Origin: Octopus sinensis
Lineage: Eukaryota
Assembly: GCF_006345805.1 (NCBI RefSeq)
Contig: NC_042998.1
Coordinates: forward strand, 132,308,001 to 132,372,000
DNA length: 64,000 nt
Direction: 5' to 3'
The notes under the pieces were generated by a model. It had not been told where the DNA came from and made no database searches. It worked only from the letters and a program-made list of their open reading frames with translations. Shown piece by piece: positions 25,255-39,349 of the stretch. Every line of letters starts with the position of its first letter. Within the stretch, counting starts at the first letter, position 1. A program made the position numbers and the translations under genes.

Positions 25255-25470
25255 CATCATCATTTAATATCTATTTTCAATGCTGGTAAGGGCTGGACAG
25301 TTTGAAAAGGGTCTGGCAAGCTACAGTGCTGTTCCAAACTCATGCGTCAACTTTAGGATGGTTTCTACGTTAGGTTGCTCTTCCTAATGCCAGCCACCTT
25401 ACAATGAATACCGGGTGCTTTTTTTTTTTCCATGTTACTAGCACTAATGATGCACCCATATAAGCTGCAA
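25255..25470 (-). mobile_element. Decayed family C element
   Basis: (CAT)n tail, 'ggtttctacgttaggttgctcttcctaatgccagccac..gggtgctttt'. Confidence 0.6.
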
Positions 25471-26208
25471 GACAGAAAGAAAGAAAAAAAGATGGAAAAG
25501 AGAAAAAGTCCTCACAATTAAATTGGGGTCAGCAAGGGGGAGATGGGGGTTATGCTAGGTGCTGAGAGGCTAAAGTATGATAGAGGGGCAATCATAGACA
25601 TTGTGATAAAGAGGCGATAAATCTAAACTAGAAACATTATTGCTATGAGAGAGCATCAGTTTAAATATTTAATATCATTTAATTTTGTGTGACTGGCGCA
25701 ATTTCGGATCCTGCTATGGTTTACTTCTCCTGTACTCTTTTCAGGCCTTCAATAAAATAAGAATCAGGTCATTATTTAAAAAGCTACAAGTTCCCCACCC
25801 CGCCATACATAGTTTTAGTTTTGTCCTAGTGTAAGAAATTATCATCATCATCATCATCACTGCTATTCGTTGTCATCCATCGTAGTCATCTGTTGTTCAT
25901 GTAAATATTTTGTTAATGATATAACAGATTTTATGTGTGGCTTAGGATTCTAAAAACACTAAGAGCTGTGGCCACACCTCACATAAGAATATCATTTAAT
26001 GCCCTCCACCCTCGAATCCCTACGCCTCAGCCTACCTCACCCAACTGATGTTTCCCCTGTCCCGTCCCCTCCTCAACAGAAGGATTCAGCAGGTGGTAAT
26101 GGGTGGACACCTAATGAAATACAATTTCAGCTTTATCTTACATGATGTCACAGTTATACTTTATCATAGCAGTAAATCAGTTTGTACTGTGTGTGTGTGT
26201 GTACGTGC

Positions 26209-26239
<31 letters not shown>

Positions 26240-26423
26240 TGTGTGTGTGTGTTTGAGAATCAAATCAGAAAAATAAAGACTTTACCCTAAGTAGTCATTG
26301 AACTTTTCTATCACACCAGATGTTTGAATGCATAGTGTGAACGTGTGTAAATGTGTGTTTGCACTGTGTGTACCTGTGTGTGTATGTGTGTCTCTTTCTC
26401 GCTCTCTCTCTCTCTCTGTGTGC

Positions 26424-26472
<49 letters not shown>

Positions 26473-26694
26473 TGTTTATATGTAGAGTGATGATAAAAAT
26501 AATTTTACATTAAACTGAATGGTTACGCAATGCTTTTTGCTGAGAATATATCTATTATTATTTCAAGAACAGTGTTGAGAATAGCTTCGAAGCTCCGGCC
26601 TGGTCTAATAATGGAGGCTAAGCAGGCTGGAACTGTGAAATCATTGTCAACATTATTCTTGTGAAAGTAATGTGTGTGTGTATGTATGTATGTA

Positions 26695-27105
26695 TTTACT
26701 CTTACTCTTTTTACTCTTTTACTTGTTTCAGTCATTTGACTGTGGCCATGCTGGAGCACCACTTTAGTCGAGCAAATCGACCCCGAGACTTATTTTTTGT
26801 AAGCCCAGTACTTATTCTATCGATGTCTTTTGGCGAACCGCTAAGTGACGGGGACGTAAACACACCAGCATCGGTTGTCAAGCAATGCTAGGGGGACAAA
26901 CACAGACACACAAACATACACACACACATATATATATACATATATACGACGAGCTTCTTTCAGTTTCCGTCTACCAAATCCACTTACAAGGCTTTGGTCG
27001 GCCTGAGGCTATAGTAGAAGACACTTGCCCAAGATGCCACGCAGTGGGACTGAACCTGGAACCATGTGGTTGGTAAGCAAGCTACTTACCATACAGCCAC
27101 TCCTG
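26695..27105 (-). mobile_element. Full-length SINE family A (young, CpGs intact)
   Basis: Complete reverse complement of the 44191 copy, from the tail (ttactcttttactc) to the head (ccatacagccactcctg). Confidence 0.95.
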
Positions 27106-27499
27106 TTTACAACAAAGAAACAACACCTAGATCTCTATCAAATCATATTTTACCATCTTGAAAAAGGAAGAATATGTTGTCAAAATTAGCCCTAAATATG
27201 TCATTCTATGTGTAAAATTGATGCTATGACCACAGCTGGGATACTTTTGATCGTAGGTTTGTTGTATCAGTACTGGCTAGGGTTAAATGGCTATAAAATT
27301 ACAGAGAAAAAGAGAGAGGGTAAAAAAGATATGAATGGAGTAAAATGGTTCATCCTGGAATTGGGAATACATTGCAAGAATGCAGTGACGGGGAGTAGGG
27401 TTGTGGAGAAACTTGCCACCACAGAATCATGTTTCCTGTGTCATACGTAGAGCAACACTCACACATATATGCATGTGTGCGCGCACACGCATGTGTATG

Positions 27500-27525
27500 T
27501 ATTTATATTTATATGTATGTATCTA

Positions 27526-27565
<40 letters not shown>

Positions 27566-27709
27566 TATACATATGTATTTGTGTGTGTATACATTTACGT
27601 ATGTAGATATATACACTCACACACGCACACACACATATTATAATACTGAATATATACATATATATATATACATATACATATATACATACATACATATATA
27701 TATACATAC

Positions 27710-27775
<66 letters not shown>
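27500..27775. repeat. Compound TA/CA microsatellite
   Basis: Directly visible. Confidence 0.9.
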
Positions 27776-28481
27776 CGCATTGTAATTGGAAGAGAAAAAT
27801 GGATGAGCACGAAAATATGAAATTGTGTTGATTTGAAGGCCATAAAAATCCTGAATAACACCAGTCCTACCAGTTCCCTCCCTCCCTCCCTCACTTCTTG
27901 CCATATATCCAAACCATCATCATCATCATCATCATCATCCCCACCACACCACTTACTGATTATTTCTTTTACCATTTCAATTCCCTTTGCAGATTTTTTA
28001 GCTTCATTTCCAAAAGCTTCCTTATCACCCCCACCCCCCACCATTTATATTTCTTCCATTTCTTTTTTTCTTTTATGTCCTACCCTTTTTTTTTTCCCTC
28101 CCATTCTTGTTTCACATATTTCAAAAATTAATTCTTGCTCTTCTTTTATTGTCAGATATTCTTCTCTCTCTTCCCCAATAATCTTTCCTTTCTTTACATG
28201 CTCACACACACACACACACACACACACACAGCATGTATTCAATTTCAATTGTTTTGCTGTTTTACTTGCATTGCTTTTCAAGGACTGTTTATTGTTCTTG
28301 TTGTTGCTGATGCTGTTGTATTTCGATGGTAGGTGGAGCACAGTATTTCTGGTTTTGTGATAATTTTATTCAGTTAGGTAAGGGAGAAAAGTACTCCAAC
28401 CCAAACCCACTAAATTAGCCATGTCACAAATCACACTACACACACACACACACACGTGTATGCATATGTGTGTGTATAGGC

Positions 28482-28617
28482 ACAGGAGTGGCTGTGTGGT
28501 AAGTAGCTTGCTAACCAACCACATGATTCCGGGTGTCTTCTACTATAGCCTCGGGCCGACCAAAGCCTTGTGAGTGGATTTGGTTGACGCAAACTGAAAA
28601 GAAGCCCATCGTATATA

Positions 28618-28665
<48 letters not shown>

Positions 28666-28882
28666 TGCATGTGTGTGTTTGTGTGTCTGTGTTTGTCCCC
28701 CTAGCATTGCTTGACAACCAATGCTGGTGTGTTTATGTCCTCATTACTTAGCGGTTCGGCAAAAGAGATCGATAGAATAAGTACTGGGCTTACAAAAGAA
28801 TAAGTCCCGGGGTTGAGTTGCTTGATTAAAGGCGGTGCTCCAGCATGGCCGCAGTCAAATGACTGAAACAAGTAAAAGAGTA
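28482..28882 (+). mobile_element. SINE family A with internal deletion in the head
   Basis: 'ggcacaggagtggctgtgtggtaag...gattccgggtgtcttctactatag' lacks the B-box segment. The remainder is intact. Confidence 0.9.
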
Positions 28883-29752
28883 CATGTGTGTGTGTATGTG
28901 TATTTTCTTTTGAGATGTCTGTTCATATATTTGTATGTTTGCATACACATATTTATGATAATATATATATATGTGTGTGTATGCATAGCGATATCCATCT
29001 ATATGGATATGACTTTGTATCACAGTCTCAATGTGATATTTGGCTCTATGAGGAAACCTTTTGCAGGTTCAGTCAAGGATCAAACTAGCTTGTGTTATTA
29101 CCTTTACAACCAACTTGACCAGGACTCAGCTCTTCTCTCAAAGGTCCTGAGTCAATAGTAATTTAAGGTCACTTTTTTCATTTATAGCCAAGAATGTGCC
29201 TTGGCATAACTATTTTACATAATTGAAGCTGATGCCTTCAAAATAAGTACCAATTGATAATCTGCACTATATTGGTTCTCAAGTAATTATACATTATAAA
29301 ATTGCATTGGCTTAATAAGTACTTCTGCTAATTAGGATGACAAGGTCAACTTGAGCGCTTTTAGATTTAAATGTCTACTTAAACAAAACCTTAATGGTGC
29401 ATTATCAGTAAAGAAAGATGGAACTTGATCTGCCACTTAATCATTTAACTGCTTTTTTCTCTTCTTCTCCCCAAGTTTCCTTATCAGTTCATTCTCCATA
29501 ACAATGCTTTTTGATACTACATGTGACTTTTCTTTCATTTCTGTTTTGGATTATCAGTTTCTTTCTTCACTTTCATTCTTGCAAATATATGATTTTTTTT
29601 TTCTATTTTTCATTCAGATTGTTTTATATTCCAGACAAAACATTTTTTTCCAAATGGCATTTTTATCTATTTTGAATTTACATTTCATATTTGATATTTG
29701 AAAAAAAAATTTATTTGCAATTAATATAAAGCTTTGACTCAATTATCTTTTC

Positions 29753-29754
<2 letters not shown>

Positions 29755-29811
<57 letters not shown>

Positions 29812-30287
29812 CACACACACGCACATATATACATACATACATATATACACATACATACATATATATATATATATAATACATATATATACACATTCATTCA
29901 TACATATATATACACATTCATACATATATATATACACATTCATATATATATACACACACACATATACTTACATACATATATAAATACATACAGATTGTGT
30001 TTTCATTCAAGATGGAGACAAACACATATGCTGCATGTGATAGACTTGAATAAGTGTTAAGAGATATCTCTCTCAACATGAAACCACGAATAAAATAACA
30101 TTTATCAGCCAATGCAGTGTTTATATATATATATATTTATGTATTCAGTCTCCGAGCCAGGAAATGGCTGGTTGTTACTTTTTAAACTTCAAAATCACAT
30201 TAATTTAACATTGATATATGAATCTGGGGGAGGGAGTAATATACGCATATATATATATATATATAATATATATATATATATATACAC

Positions 30288-30324
<37 letters not shown>

Positions 30325-30381
30325 CTATATATATAATATATATATATATATGTGTGGTGTGGTGTGTGTGTGTGTGTGTGT

Positions 30382-30458
<77 letters not shown>

Positions 30459-30488
30459 TTACTATATGTATGCATATATAAATATACA

Positions 30489-30519
<31 letters not shown>

Positions 30520-30525
30520 GCGTAT
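29755..30525. repeat. Two compound TA/TG/CA microsatellite blocks (29755-29985, 30240-30525)
   Basis: Directly visible. A short 'tatgaatctgggggagggagtaatatacgcatat' motif at ~30217 has its reverse complement at ~30520-30550. Confidence 0.85.
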
Positions 30526-31117
30526 ATTACTCCCTCCCCCAGATTCATATATCAATGTTAAATTTATGTGATTTTGAAGTTTAAAAAGTAACAGCCAGCC
30601 ATTTCCTGGCTGGGAGATTGAATTCTGAGCGTCAGACTGTTTGCAAATTCTGTATTGACTTTAGTTTTACAATACCTGCCCCCACTTCTCTCTCTCTCTC
30701 TCTCTCTACCTATCTATCGATGCACTTATACACGACACGTGTATCTATATATGTACACATATATACATGCGTATTTATTACAGACATGCGCGTATATATT
30801 TAATGCCCTTATATGAAAGGCATGTGTGAATGTTCCCCTGAATAGATTGCCAACCAGCCACCATGTCACCATTTACCCAGACAAACAAATTAATGGCGGA
30901 ATGCAAACGGGACGAAAGCATTCACAGATAGCACAACGTAGTGATCTCTCTCTCTCTCTCTCTCTCTCTCTGCGTATTTCCCTCCTGCATTCCTTCTTCA
31001 GATCGTGACAGTCATGCCTCGACTGACAACATGCGTGATTGTAAACACGAGGTGTTTATTAATACACACCCTCACACATATACATAATTCAGGTATGTGT
31101 GTATGTTTCTCCACGCT

Positions 31118-31164
<47 letters not shown>

Positions 31165-31865
31165 GAAGAGATACCCACAGATACATATGCATATATCTTT
31201 GTGTATATAATAATAGTAATCATAAAATAATATTTATAATTTGGGTACATCGCCAGCAAATTCAAGGGGAATGTGGTTACTTTACTGGTGGTTAATTTTT
31301 TTTTTCTCGACTGATTCTGGTGAAATGCTAAGTGCTCCCTGTCTTTATTTGGACTACTCTTTCCAATTTAGGTACACCACCCGCAAAAGACAGTGACGGT
31401 TATTGTAGTGGTGGTGGTGTAGGAAAAGTCGACCTTGGTGTCATTTGAACAGAGAACGTAATTGTGTCACAAGAAAGATCGCAGGTCATTTTACTTCGGG
31501 TAACTTTATGGTTATCTCACCCCCATTAAAAAATTGGGCTATCCTCCTCCAACTAAAAAAATTGTAATCCTCAATAAAAAAAATTTTTTTTAAATGAAAA
31601 GATTAATGAAGATGAAAAGCGGTAAGATTAAACGTCTTATTGAATCTGATAATATTTTTTATAACAAATCATATAAGACTGAAAAAATTAACAAACATGG
31701 AACTGAAAAAATTAAACATCTTTAATAAACATTTTTATAACAAATCATACCAAGCCTATTGAGGAGGCCAAATGTCAACTATGTGTTGAAGTATTGAATC
31801 AAAAGGATCTAACTCTTAATTCAATCTCTAACCCTAACTCAATTTTTTGGTGGGGTAAAATGTTT

Positions 31866-32095
31866 AATGGTTAGTGGTGTTGTACTCATGATTGTGGCTT
31901 TGATTCCTGGAGAGGGCGACGTGTTGTGTTCTTGAGCAAAACAATTCATTTCACGTTACTCCAGTCCACCCAGCTGGCAAAATTGAGCAATCCTGCAACG
32001 GACCGGTACCCCGTCCAGATGGAGGAATATGTACGCTACTGAAAACCGGGAAACCGGCCCTCTAAGTCTATATGACTGGGGAAGGATAATCTTTT
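31866..32095 (+). mobile_element. tRNA/CORE-like SINE with RTE-5'UTR-like ('Ceph'-type) body
   Basis: 'ttgattcctgg..gtgttcttgagcaaaac..ctccagtccacccagctgg..cctgcaacggaccggtaccccgtccag..gaaaaccgggaaaccggccc'. Confidence 0.65.
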
Positions 32096-32329
32096 TTCAT
32101 AGTTATTTTGCCAACCTACCAAGAGTAATTGTTTCTAATTCAAGTAGAAGGCTTGAGATTTTTTATCGATAGCATCGTCTCCTGTATTTGTTTAATACTT
32201 TACTTTATCGTCTCCCTAAGAAAGGAAGACAAACTTGAACTCGGAAGATAACAAGATGGAAATAACGACGCAAAATATTTTGGCCGACTCTTTAGCGTTT
32301 CTTCTACGCCTCCGATAATAATAATAATA

Positions 32330-32530
32330 TCGATTTCAAATTTTGGCACAAGGCTTGCAATTTTGGTTGAAGGGATAGTCGATTACATCGACCCCAGTAC
32401 TCAACTAGTACTTATTTTATCGACTCTGAAAGGATGAAAGGCAAAGTCGACCTCGGCGGAATTTGAACTCAGAACGTGAAAACAGACTAAAGCTTTATGT
32501 CCTGTTTTCTAACTGCTCTGCCGGCTCGCC
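32330..32530 (-). mobile_element. SINE family B
   Basis: 'aaggatgaaaggcaaagtcgacctcggcggaatttgaactcagaacg..ctgccggctcgcc', with an (AAT)n tail at ~32315. Confidence 0.9.
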
Positions 32531-32799
32531 AGTCCTCCCAATAATAATTATAATAGTAAATGTAAGGAAATTATTTCTTTCTGCAAAGAATTTTGATCAC
32601 AGAACTCGATACGTCTCATGCCTAGATTTTAAAAAATCCTTTTCAGACTAATAATAAAACGAACTAAAACCAGCGAACGTTCCAAAATATTATTTTTCTT
32701 TTGAATATGTTTTTTGAAGACACGATTGAGTTGCTGCATTTTTACTGGTTTAAGCTTCGATTGGAATAAACAACTTTTGAAAACCTTCATTACCTTACT

Positions 32800-34700
32800 T
32801 CCGAAAATAAGTGGATTGGAGTGGTACGTTGTTTCGCTGCAGGTATTATGAGATTTTTTTTTTTTTTTTCAATTAGTAACCCCTAACCACTTTCGTGATT
32901 TATTTCCCGGATACTGAACCGCGATATTAGGTTTGCATTTTGATATAACTGAAGCTTATATAATTTAATCTGGTTATTTCTGCCAGTTTTATCAAGTCAT
33001 GTTCCTACTATCTCGCTTTGTTTCTTATTCCGTATTACAATCTGAAGTAAAAGTTGGATCTTTTTCATAAATGCATCATCAACCGAACAGGGAAATATCT
33101 TGCTTTGCGTATGATGCAACAAACTGAGTCATGAAATTCACAACTTCCATGTTTCCATTATATATGTAAAATGGGTTATCGTTACATATCTTGTAGGTAT
33201 GTTGCATCATTTCCTTGAGAACGAGCGTAATCCTGATGTTGTGCAAAATAATATGTTAACTTGCGGTTATGTAAGACGTGTCCTGTTTTTATTTTTATGA
33301 TATATTAATCCATTCCATAACTAGTATCGGGTGCACTTGGTTTGTATGGTACATCTGGTTTGTGTGTTAAGTTAGATTTCTGTAATTAGAACTTCTTTAA
33401 TGGGTGAAAACTTAAAATCTCGCCTCGGGAAGAATTTAATAACAGATATTTTATATCTTATGACGACATTAATTCCTGTGTTTTTATGGGCGTCTGTTGT
33501 GGTTTCTTCGTGTTTACTTAGGTATTTTGCATCTTGTTCCTTATTCTCATGTCTATATTTCAGAATGAGGTGAATATTGTGAGCTGTATTTATGAGGCAA
33601 CTATGATAAGCAATGCATTTAAGTTTTGAAATATTCTTTAAGTATATTCACTTGCTCTTGTGTCTCCGTCACAGTAAATATATCGTTAACAAACCTGGTT
33701 TATATGATGTGTAGTTATGTCCAGGAACAACCTTGTTTTCAACGCTCGTCATATGCAATGATGTGAACGTCAATCCGAGCGGAGAACCTTTGTGCACTCC
33801 GTCTGTTTAGGGTTTCTAGCTTGTCATTTGGATAACGGTCGGATAGGCTGCAAGGCCTACACGATCTTTCTATGGATGTTCCTTAGAATATTGGGTGCTT
33901 TTTGTTGTTTAGTGAGTATATACACTCCGTCTATAGTTTTCTTTATGGTACCTTGTTAAAATAACTTTTTGTCTCCACCAGGGAAATATTGCATTGTTAA
34001 TTTTCTGAAAGAACTTTTGGAAATCATCCGATGAGTGTATATTCTCTGATGTATATTTCATTATGATTCTGTGTGCGGGTGTGTTATTTTGGAAGATTAA
34101 AGGTTAGGATTGGTTGGTTGTTCGGTTTATGAATTCTTATGGTGCCACAGTTGTATGTTGGGCTAAACTCTCCTACTGTTGGAATAGATTAGCTGAGTTT
34201 AGAGCAGTCTCTAATTTTTTTTTTTGTATTCAAGTTTTTGTTGGCCTGTGCTGTCTTTCACGTTCATAGTATCAAAGATATTGTTTCTATTACTTTCGCA
34301 TATTACAATTTTATCATTGTTCTTCGGATTCTGAAGAATGAGTTTATGATTCTTGTTAAGTAAGTTTAAGTACGACATGTTTATATCTCTGCTTATTACC
34401 TTCACACTTAATATAAACCCTTGTAGTTTGTCGTTAGCTTTTATTATAATCAGTAATATCTTAAGTAGTTCGACTTAACTCTGTTTCGGTCGTGTTTTAT
34501 TCTTGGGTAGAAGTTTGTGTCGAAACTGAGCTGTGTAATTTAACTGGAGCTAAATGTGTGTTGAGCAAGGTTACAAAAGGTATTTTCTTGTATAAACGAT
34601 ATTTTACTGCTGTAATGACCATTAAGCGTACGTATGGTATTTCTTATTTCCTAAACAGAATTCTTCAATAACTCAAATAATATTAAATTTGGAATTTCTA
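32800..34700 (-). mobile_element. Penelope-like retroelement (RT plus GIY-YIG endonuclease), near full-length, decayed
   Basis: Minus-strand motifs with stops and frameshifts: NDKIVICESNRNN (IvIrkaDK), GEFSPTY..GTIRIHKPNNQP (GeY.P..YG..K.HK..P), DGVHKGSPLGLTF (~33774-33800), RFVNDIF (~33676-33696, the YVDD motif), RYKISVI, then DVPYK..KC and RKLTYY in the endonuclease region. Confidence 0.85.
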
Positions 34701-36639
34701 TAAATATTAAAATGCAAACTGAAAATCAATACTTGCATACAGTGTACGCAAAATAGCGAATGTAACCAGAAGGTAACGTTTTAAATGCGGCGGCGGTGGT
34801 GATTTTATCACAGATTATTTCCATAATCTCTTGCTGCTTATAAAACATGACGACAATGTGTCACTGTCATCATTTCATCCAGGAACGCCGAGATGATGGT
34901 TGAAATTCTTTGAACTTTGGAACGTAACTTGTTCCTAACTAATAGAGAAACGTGGAAAGTCTTCAATTACAAAAAAAAAAAACCGCAAAAACCCAGTCAG
35001 GTTTTCAATATATAGTTATATGAATGCATCGAAATTTGATACAATGTGTTACATTAAGAAAATGTTTCAAGAAAAACCTCCCCAGGAAACAAATTTTCCC
35101 GTATGTCTCACCTCTAAATAACAGAACTAAAATATTGCATTACTTTGACTGTTTCTGTTATATGTCTTTCTGTTGCAGTGTAAAGTTGGAGACGCTCCAT
35201 TATTCATTACTAGAGTTGACCGGGAATGTGGACAAATGGCCAGTTATCTCTGTAGACATAGCCCGATGTTGATTCTTTCCTACTGACTGTGCCAATGGGG
35301 AAAGAGAGGAGGGTTAATTATAGGCAAAATGTGGAATCGGCAGTTGACGAAGATAAGGATTTCACGGATGTCTGCTGTTGAGCTGTATGCATATATTTGT
35401 ATAAATGCATTTGCTTATATATGTCTTTATATATTTTTTTGTATATGTATGTGTGTGTGTGTATTACATTTATTTGTTGGTTTGTATACATCTGTATAAT
35501 CTGTGTGCATACATATACGAACAAACATTCAAATCCTATCAAACCAATATGTCCGACAAAATAAACCTGACTTTAAACCAATCTGCAAAAAAAAAAAAAA
35601 ATGTTTGGATTAACATTATGTAACTAAGTAAACAAACTTCTTTGCACTGATAACTACAGTTTTGTGTCTATTATACTCAGCACATACATGCATACATATG
35701 TGCCTGCATACGCATGTATTTCATCCCATGTATATGCTTACGTTGTCATCCTGAAACATAAATTTATAGCGTGTGTCTAATCACTGATTGGCTTTCAGGA
35801 AAGAGCTTGTGGCTGTAAGGAATAAATTTTACTGGTTAAAGGAAGCTCTGTCGTATATACCTGGAAATGTGGCTATTTTGTTGGACTGGCTCCCGGAATG
35901 GTTACATTTGCAGCTTGAAAAATAATTACCTAGTGGTAAGGCGACAGTTTCTAAATTGCGTGTGTCTTTTAATATTTTTACAGTAAATGGCGAATCTTAA
36001 AGGACAGAGTCAAAACTGGAAATTGCAACCAAATCTCCCGCCATGAAAAAAAAAACAAAACATTGGCGAATGTAGTCTCAAAATGAAAAGGTTACAGTCA
36101 AAATGTCTACATAGAAAAATTCACACAACAAAATCTTGACTGTTACTAACTCATATGTATTACTAAGGCTATAGCTAAATGTAGCCACATCCCTGGAGAC
36201 ATGGCAACTATTGAGCTCAACCGAGTAGGGAACAGAGGCTGGCACTAATATGGTATTCTAGGAGCAATTTTCTTAGAAATCATACAAAACATGTAAATTT
36301 TATGCAGATGGCTAAAATATACTTTAAAAAAGATCTTCCGATGACGAGAGCAAAAATTATCTCAGACCTTTTCAAGGTTAACGCCAGCTACTTCAATATT
36401 TAGGATTTCTTGGGAAAACTATAGTTCTGCGATCCATTCAAATATGGGTGGCTTTGTCGGTCTTTCGTAGTTTCCTTCCAGTAACAAGACATTGTATTCA
36501 GGGCTATAGTTAAAGTGCACTTTTCCTTATGCCGTTCAGTTTGGGATCAAATCCCTGATCCAAACAGTTGCAAAACTATCTTGAAGCATACTTACGTTAT
36601 CTATCTATCATTTGCCAGAATAAGAAGCTTTTTAAATTT

Positions 36640-37010
36640 AGGCGCAGGTGTGTCTGTGCGGTAAGAATTTTGCTTCTCAAGCACATTGTCCCGGGTCCAG
36701 TCCCACTGCATGGGCAAGTGTTTTCTACTTTATGGGGCCGACGGCCTTGTGAGTGGATTTACTAGACGAAAACTGAAAGAAGCCCATCGTATATATTTGT
36801 GTGTGTGTGTGTGTGTCTTCGTCCTTCACCAGCGCTTGACAACCAGTGTTGGTGTAGTTACGTCCCTGTAACTTAGCACCTCGGCGAAAGAAACCGATAA
36901 GTACCAGGCTTGAATAAATAAGTACTGGGGTCGATTGGTTCGACTAAAATTCAAGGCGGTGCCTCAGCGCGGTCACAGTCTAATGACTGAACCAAGTAAA
37001 AGATATAAAA
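36640..37010 (+). mobile_element. Full-length SINE family A
   Basis: Head aggcgcaggtgtgtctgtgcggtaag..gggtccagtcccactgc, central (TG)n, 3' 'gactgaaccaagtaaaag'. Confidence 0.9.
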
Positions 37011-38629
37011 AAAAGTTCTCATACACGAATTGTTTATATTTGTACGATTCGCTCTTTTTAAAATTTTCACCCTATATTTTTTTAGGCTAACGAGCTATAA
37101 ATTTAGGTTATGTACATTATAAACGGTTGAGTTGTCATCATAGAACAAAAGCCGGAGGACCGGTTACGACAAAGAACTATATATACTAAAATGGAATAAT
37201 TGTTCTGAGAGATATTGTTTTCCAGAGATTTTTGTTCAACTAAATTATATATGCTCACAACACAATGGGTCACACGTGTTTCTCAGCACGGCAGGCACAT
37301 TTCTTCCTCGAAAAATTAAATATACAACCGTTGAAGCAAACTCTGAATTATATGAAAATATTGTTGAATTAAGGACGTTTATAGTAATATTATAAAATTC
37401 TTTGATAAATAATGCTTAATAATGACTACGCTTTCGTTAATTTTATTCTTTTTCGATGACTTAATATAATTAATAGAATGAAAGAATAAGAATTTAAAAA
37501 AAAACTATTTGTTTCCATATTTTGAATTAAAATACCCTCTTTTTGCTCGATTCCTAAATTAGAATAATTTTTGTATAAATTAAGTCGCTGGGGTATTTTG
37601 GAAAACCTGCCTTCGTTTCCATAAAAGCCCCTAAAACTCTTTCACTAAGCAGATTGAAAGTACTGGCATGAATGCTAGTAAACAGAGTAAATCCTAATAA
37701 AGGCACCCAAGGAACCAGAGTGTGTATGCTTAACGTTAACCGGTTAAGTCGACCATCTAAGAATGACTTTGTTGAGATTTGAATTCAGAGCGCTAAGAGC
37801 CGGAAAGAAATTGCACCGCATCCGGCCCGACGTTCTTTAACCCGCTTCTTTATTTTTATTTCTTATCGTTACCGAAAGAATGAAATGCAAATAGTATAGT
37901 ACAATGGAGGTCTTAAGCTATTGATGTTAGCCTCCAGACCCCCTATTTGTGCAGACACAGGAATTAAAAAGCCTTTCCTTTCCTGTCCTTTTCTACATCT
38001 AAGATCACACTGTTCGTGTCATTGCTTTAATACGGTAGGGTGTGATTTGAGGGAGATTTTACTGCTCTTTCTAAAAAAAAAATTGAGTGACCACGTAAAG
38101 AACCATTTGTTGATTTGGCTGTTTTATTTCACGTGTGTACTATAGGTGAAGAAACACACACACACACACATACTTCCAGTTACAAGCGCACGAACACGAC
38201 GCAGGAAAACAGAAAAAAAACATTAAGAGAAAAATTAAGTAAAATGGTGTGCAGACACATTTAAGTAGACGCTGGCATGCAATAATAAACTCAACACCCT
38301 TATTGTTTGATTATCAATTATAACCGATATTTAAAAAAAAAACCCCAAAACACTCGATGCTAATGCTACTTGTTAAAAGTAAAGGAGGCAACATCGAAAT
38401 TGAAATTGATTAAACATTGAATTGGAGTAGGGTGGGGACATTCAGTTCCAAATGAGTCTTGAGTTTATGAGACTCGCCTCCGCTTTATGTCACCATTCAG
38501 TTTCTTTATTTATTTCAATCCCGAAGTTGTTACCCACCTTTTCTTTTAAAACAAGAACTATAATCATCGCAACCAAGTTTTCTTTCTCATTTGCACGGGC
38601 TCATGACATTAAGTAGTTTTACCCACAAG

Positions 38630-39095
38630 TAATGACAGCTATGACTGGGTTCTCCTGCTAATGCGGCATGGTGCAGAGTCTTGTTGCCAGACACAGGGTC
38701 TTCTAGCAGCCACTCTCTTGACCAAAGGCAGCACTACCTCCGTGTTGAGTGTGAGGCCGTGTGGAAGATGAATGGAGGTATAACGTCGCCATCACTAGTG
38801 ATCACTCCAAACACCATGATGTTGACTGGATGTTTGATTTTTCTCACTTTTGGTATATGTTCTCAGATTGACACCCAAACACTCTGAAATGTTTGTATTA
38901 GAGCTTCCGGCGCGAATGCCAAGCAGTATCGCATATCGTTTCCAAATTTCTCACTGGGTGAATTGCGTCATGGCGCTGTTTTGCTCACACCCGAGGCCCA
39001 TCTGACACTACTATATTGTGTAATCGATAAAATCAAAAACAAACGGTGCGCATTCGCGAAATTAAAAATATAAAATGGCGACAATTTACCCAGCT
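38630..39095 (-). mobile_element. Tc1/mariner (maT/DD37D-like) transposon remnant, internally deleted
   Basis: Minus strand from the ATG at 38971: MTQFTQ*EIWKRYAILLGIRAGSSNTNISECLGVNLRT, joined to KIKHPVNIMVFGVITSDGDVIPPFIF / HGLTLNTEVVLPLVKRVAARRPCVWQQDSAPC (catalytic QQD.AP). A TIR-like 'gggtaaattgtcgccat' lies at ~39075-39092. Confidence 0.9.
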
Positions 39096-39106
39096 CTTTC
39101 TCCCGC

Positions 39107-39177
<71 letters not shown>

Positions 39178-39309
39178 TTCATATACATACCAACCTATAT
39201 ATGCATTCATATACACACGTGTGTATTCAAAGTCGAAATGTCAGGATAGCAATACACATACAATAGGTACTGGTTGATACAGTAGAGATGTTAGCGTTCG
39301 TAGAGAACA

Positions 39310-39349
<40 letters not shown>

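Noticed and set aside
36150-36420. Weak resemblance (NFLRNH...) to a DNA-transposon transposase
   Set aside because: Similarity is limited to a few residues.
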